Assembly (NCBI GenBank): GCA_904420005.1
Contig: CAJFTT010000042.1
Location: 13,970 to 77,969 of the forward strand
Length of the DNA stretch: 64,000 bases
DNA from: Candidatus Tabaqchalia intestinavium
GTDB lineage: Bacteria; Bacillota; Clostridia; Oscillospirales; CAJFTT01
Direction of reading: 5' to 3'
Shown here: positions 62,620-64,000 of the stretch, piece by piece
Layout of the letters: every line of letters begins with the position of its first letter
How positions within the stretch are numbered: position 1 is the first letter of the stretch
Translations under genes and position numbers: made by a program
Notes under the pieces: generated by a model
The model's database searches: none
What the model was told of the DNA's origin: nothing
The model's input: only the letters and a program-made list of their open reading frames with translations

Positions 62620-63549
62620 TTATTCTTCCGGTACGGGTTGCAGCGCTTCTTCCTGTTTCATCGCTTCCTGCTCCATCTGGTATTCCATATAATAATCGCC
62701 CAGATAGGGCTGCGTATTCATGGGAGAGAGCGTCTCCTCCGCGTCATCCGATGCTTCGGCGTCAGCGCTGAGATCCGGAACCTCGGACGCCGGCCGCTGC
62801 ACGCCGGCATGGTCGATGACATAATTCTCTTTCAGAATCAGCTCAGAAATCGGCACAAACTGATAGCCGTCGGCCAGCAGCGCTTCTATGATCTGCGGCA
62901 GCGCTTCCGGCGTATTTTTTGCCGCGTTATGGAACAGGCAAATGGATCCGGGTTTCACTTTGGCGGTCACATTTTTGACCAGCTGATCGACGGACGGATC
63001 TTTCCAGTCCAAGCTGTCGACATCCCATTGAATGCAGTAATATTGCTCGCTTTCCAATGCTTCAATCAGTGTGTTATTATAACTGCCGTAAGGCGGGCGG
63101 AAAAGATTGGGCTTTTTCCCTGTAACTTTTTCGATCTTTTCGCCGCAGGCCCGGATTTCTTCCAGCATTTTGTCCAGCGAGAGCGTCGCCATGTCGGGAT
63201 GTGTGTTGGAATGGTTCATGATCTCGTGCCCGGCGTCAGAGAGCGCCTTGACAGATTCGGGATATTTATCCACCCACTCTCCGACGACAAAAAACGTCGC
63301 CTTGATCTTGTATTTTCCAAGAATATCGATCAGCGCCTGTGTATCCTCGTTTCCCCAGGCCGCGTCAAAGGAGAGGGAAATCACCTTTTCTTCTTTTTCC
63401 ACATTATAAATCGGGATTTTCCGCGCCTTTCCTGACGTGGCCGCGACCTGCGGCCCGATGGCAAACAGACAGATCAGCACCGACGCCACCAGCAGAAGGC
63501 ACACAGCGGCGATGCTAACCTGCCGCCGGCTAATAACAAACAGCTTCAT
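62620..63549 (-). CDS. pdaB: Sporulation polysaccharide deacetylase (PdaB-like, CE4)
   Basis: N-terminal TM segment, IPIYNV, SLSFDAAWG, HEIMNHSNTHP, FRPPYG, QWDVDSLDWK, LFHN. Confidence 0.85.
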   Translation of the reverse strand: MKLFVISRRQVSIAAVCLLLVASVLICLFAIGPQVAATSGKARKIPIYNVEKEEKVISLSFDAAWGNEDTQALIDILGKYKIKATFFVVGEWVDKYPESVKALSDAGHEIMNHSNTHPDMATLSLDKMLEEIRACGEKIEKVTGKKPNLFRPPYGSYNNTLIEALESEQYYCIQWDVDSLDWKDPSVDQLVKNVTAKVKPGSICLFHNAAKNTPEALPQIIEALLADGYQFVPISELILKENYVIDHAGVQRPASEVPDLSADAEASDDAEETLSPMNTQPYLGDYYMEYQMEQEAMKQEEALQPVPEE

Positions 63550-63715
63550 CGAGCATTCCTCCCTTATACCCTATGCATATGCGGCAGCCATCGAAAAAAT
63601 TTCCATGCCTGAATTTTGTTTTTCAGTATTCTCAACAAAATAAAAAGCAGTACATTTCGAAAAACAGGTAATTCTGACGATTTATGAAATTAGCATAAAA
63701 ATTCAGCGCGGCGGC

Positions 63716-63744
63716 TTGCTTTTTACCCCGAAAAATATTACAAT
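63716..63744 (+). promoter_or_regulatory. SigA-type promoter for the gene beginning at 63990
   Basis: TTGCTT-17 bp-TACAAT in an AT-rich intergenic region. Confidence 0.5.
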
Positions 63745-63989
63745 ATACTTAGTTTTCTTGGCGAAATACGGCAGGAAACCACCATATTTTGTGTCTGGCA
63801 GGTGTGGGTATGAGCATGTGTGTTTCCGCAATCGTATGCGACGAAAAAGGATTTGTGCCGAGAGAGGGAAAAGGCTTTTATTGTCTTACCAATTTTTAAT
63901 GAGCAAGAGGGTAGCGCTGTATCTTAGCGCTTTTTTCTTTTTTGGAAAACAAGAGGAATTCTGTTTCGGAGTGAGAAAGGGGCAGGCAT

Positions 63990-64000
63990 ATGAAAAAAGT
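63990..64000 (+). CDS. 5' start of an unidentified CDS running off the window
   Basis: ATGAAAAAAGT preceded by RBS-like AAAGGGG; only 3 full codons visible. Confidence 0.5.

Overview
GC-rich chromosomal window from a spore-forming Clostridia-type Firmicute (Oscillospiraceae/Ruminococcaceae-like, inferred from gene content and order). It is mostly housekeeping: an M18 aminopeptidase, coaE, sua5, prfA, RNase P RNA, infC-rpmI-rplT with an L20 leader, dprA-topA-trmFO-plsX-rnc-radical SAM-smc-ftsY, rdgB, yhbY-nadD-yqeK-rsfS-leuS, rbgA-rnhB, an orphan glycoside hydrolase, an AlkD-like gene and pdaB. I see no mobile element, tRNA/rRNA or CRISPR array. The standout is a ~22 kb nitrogen module (9149-31144). 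A leftward operon starts with a truncated GS-I-like protein that lacks the catalytic Glu flap, followed by an ANTAR antiterminator whose receiver domain has no phospho-acceptor Asp. It continues with enzymes from unrelated pathways, nearly all nitrogen-donor consumers (pyrG, carA, carB, nadE, purF, dapF, dapL). A rightward GSIII-gltB-gltD operon lies nearby. Both leaders carry ANTAR-type hexaloop hairpins overlapping intrinsic terminators. I infer a GS-pseudoenzyme/ANTAR nitrogen-sensing antitermination system. Also notable are an RNase III with a ~218-aa disordered N-terminal extension, a minimal SufC/SufB (SMS-like) pair and a duplicated TopA zinc ribbon. All family calls come from motif recognition by eye, not database searches.
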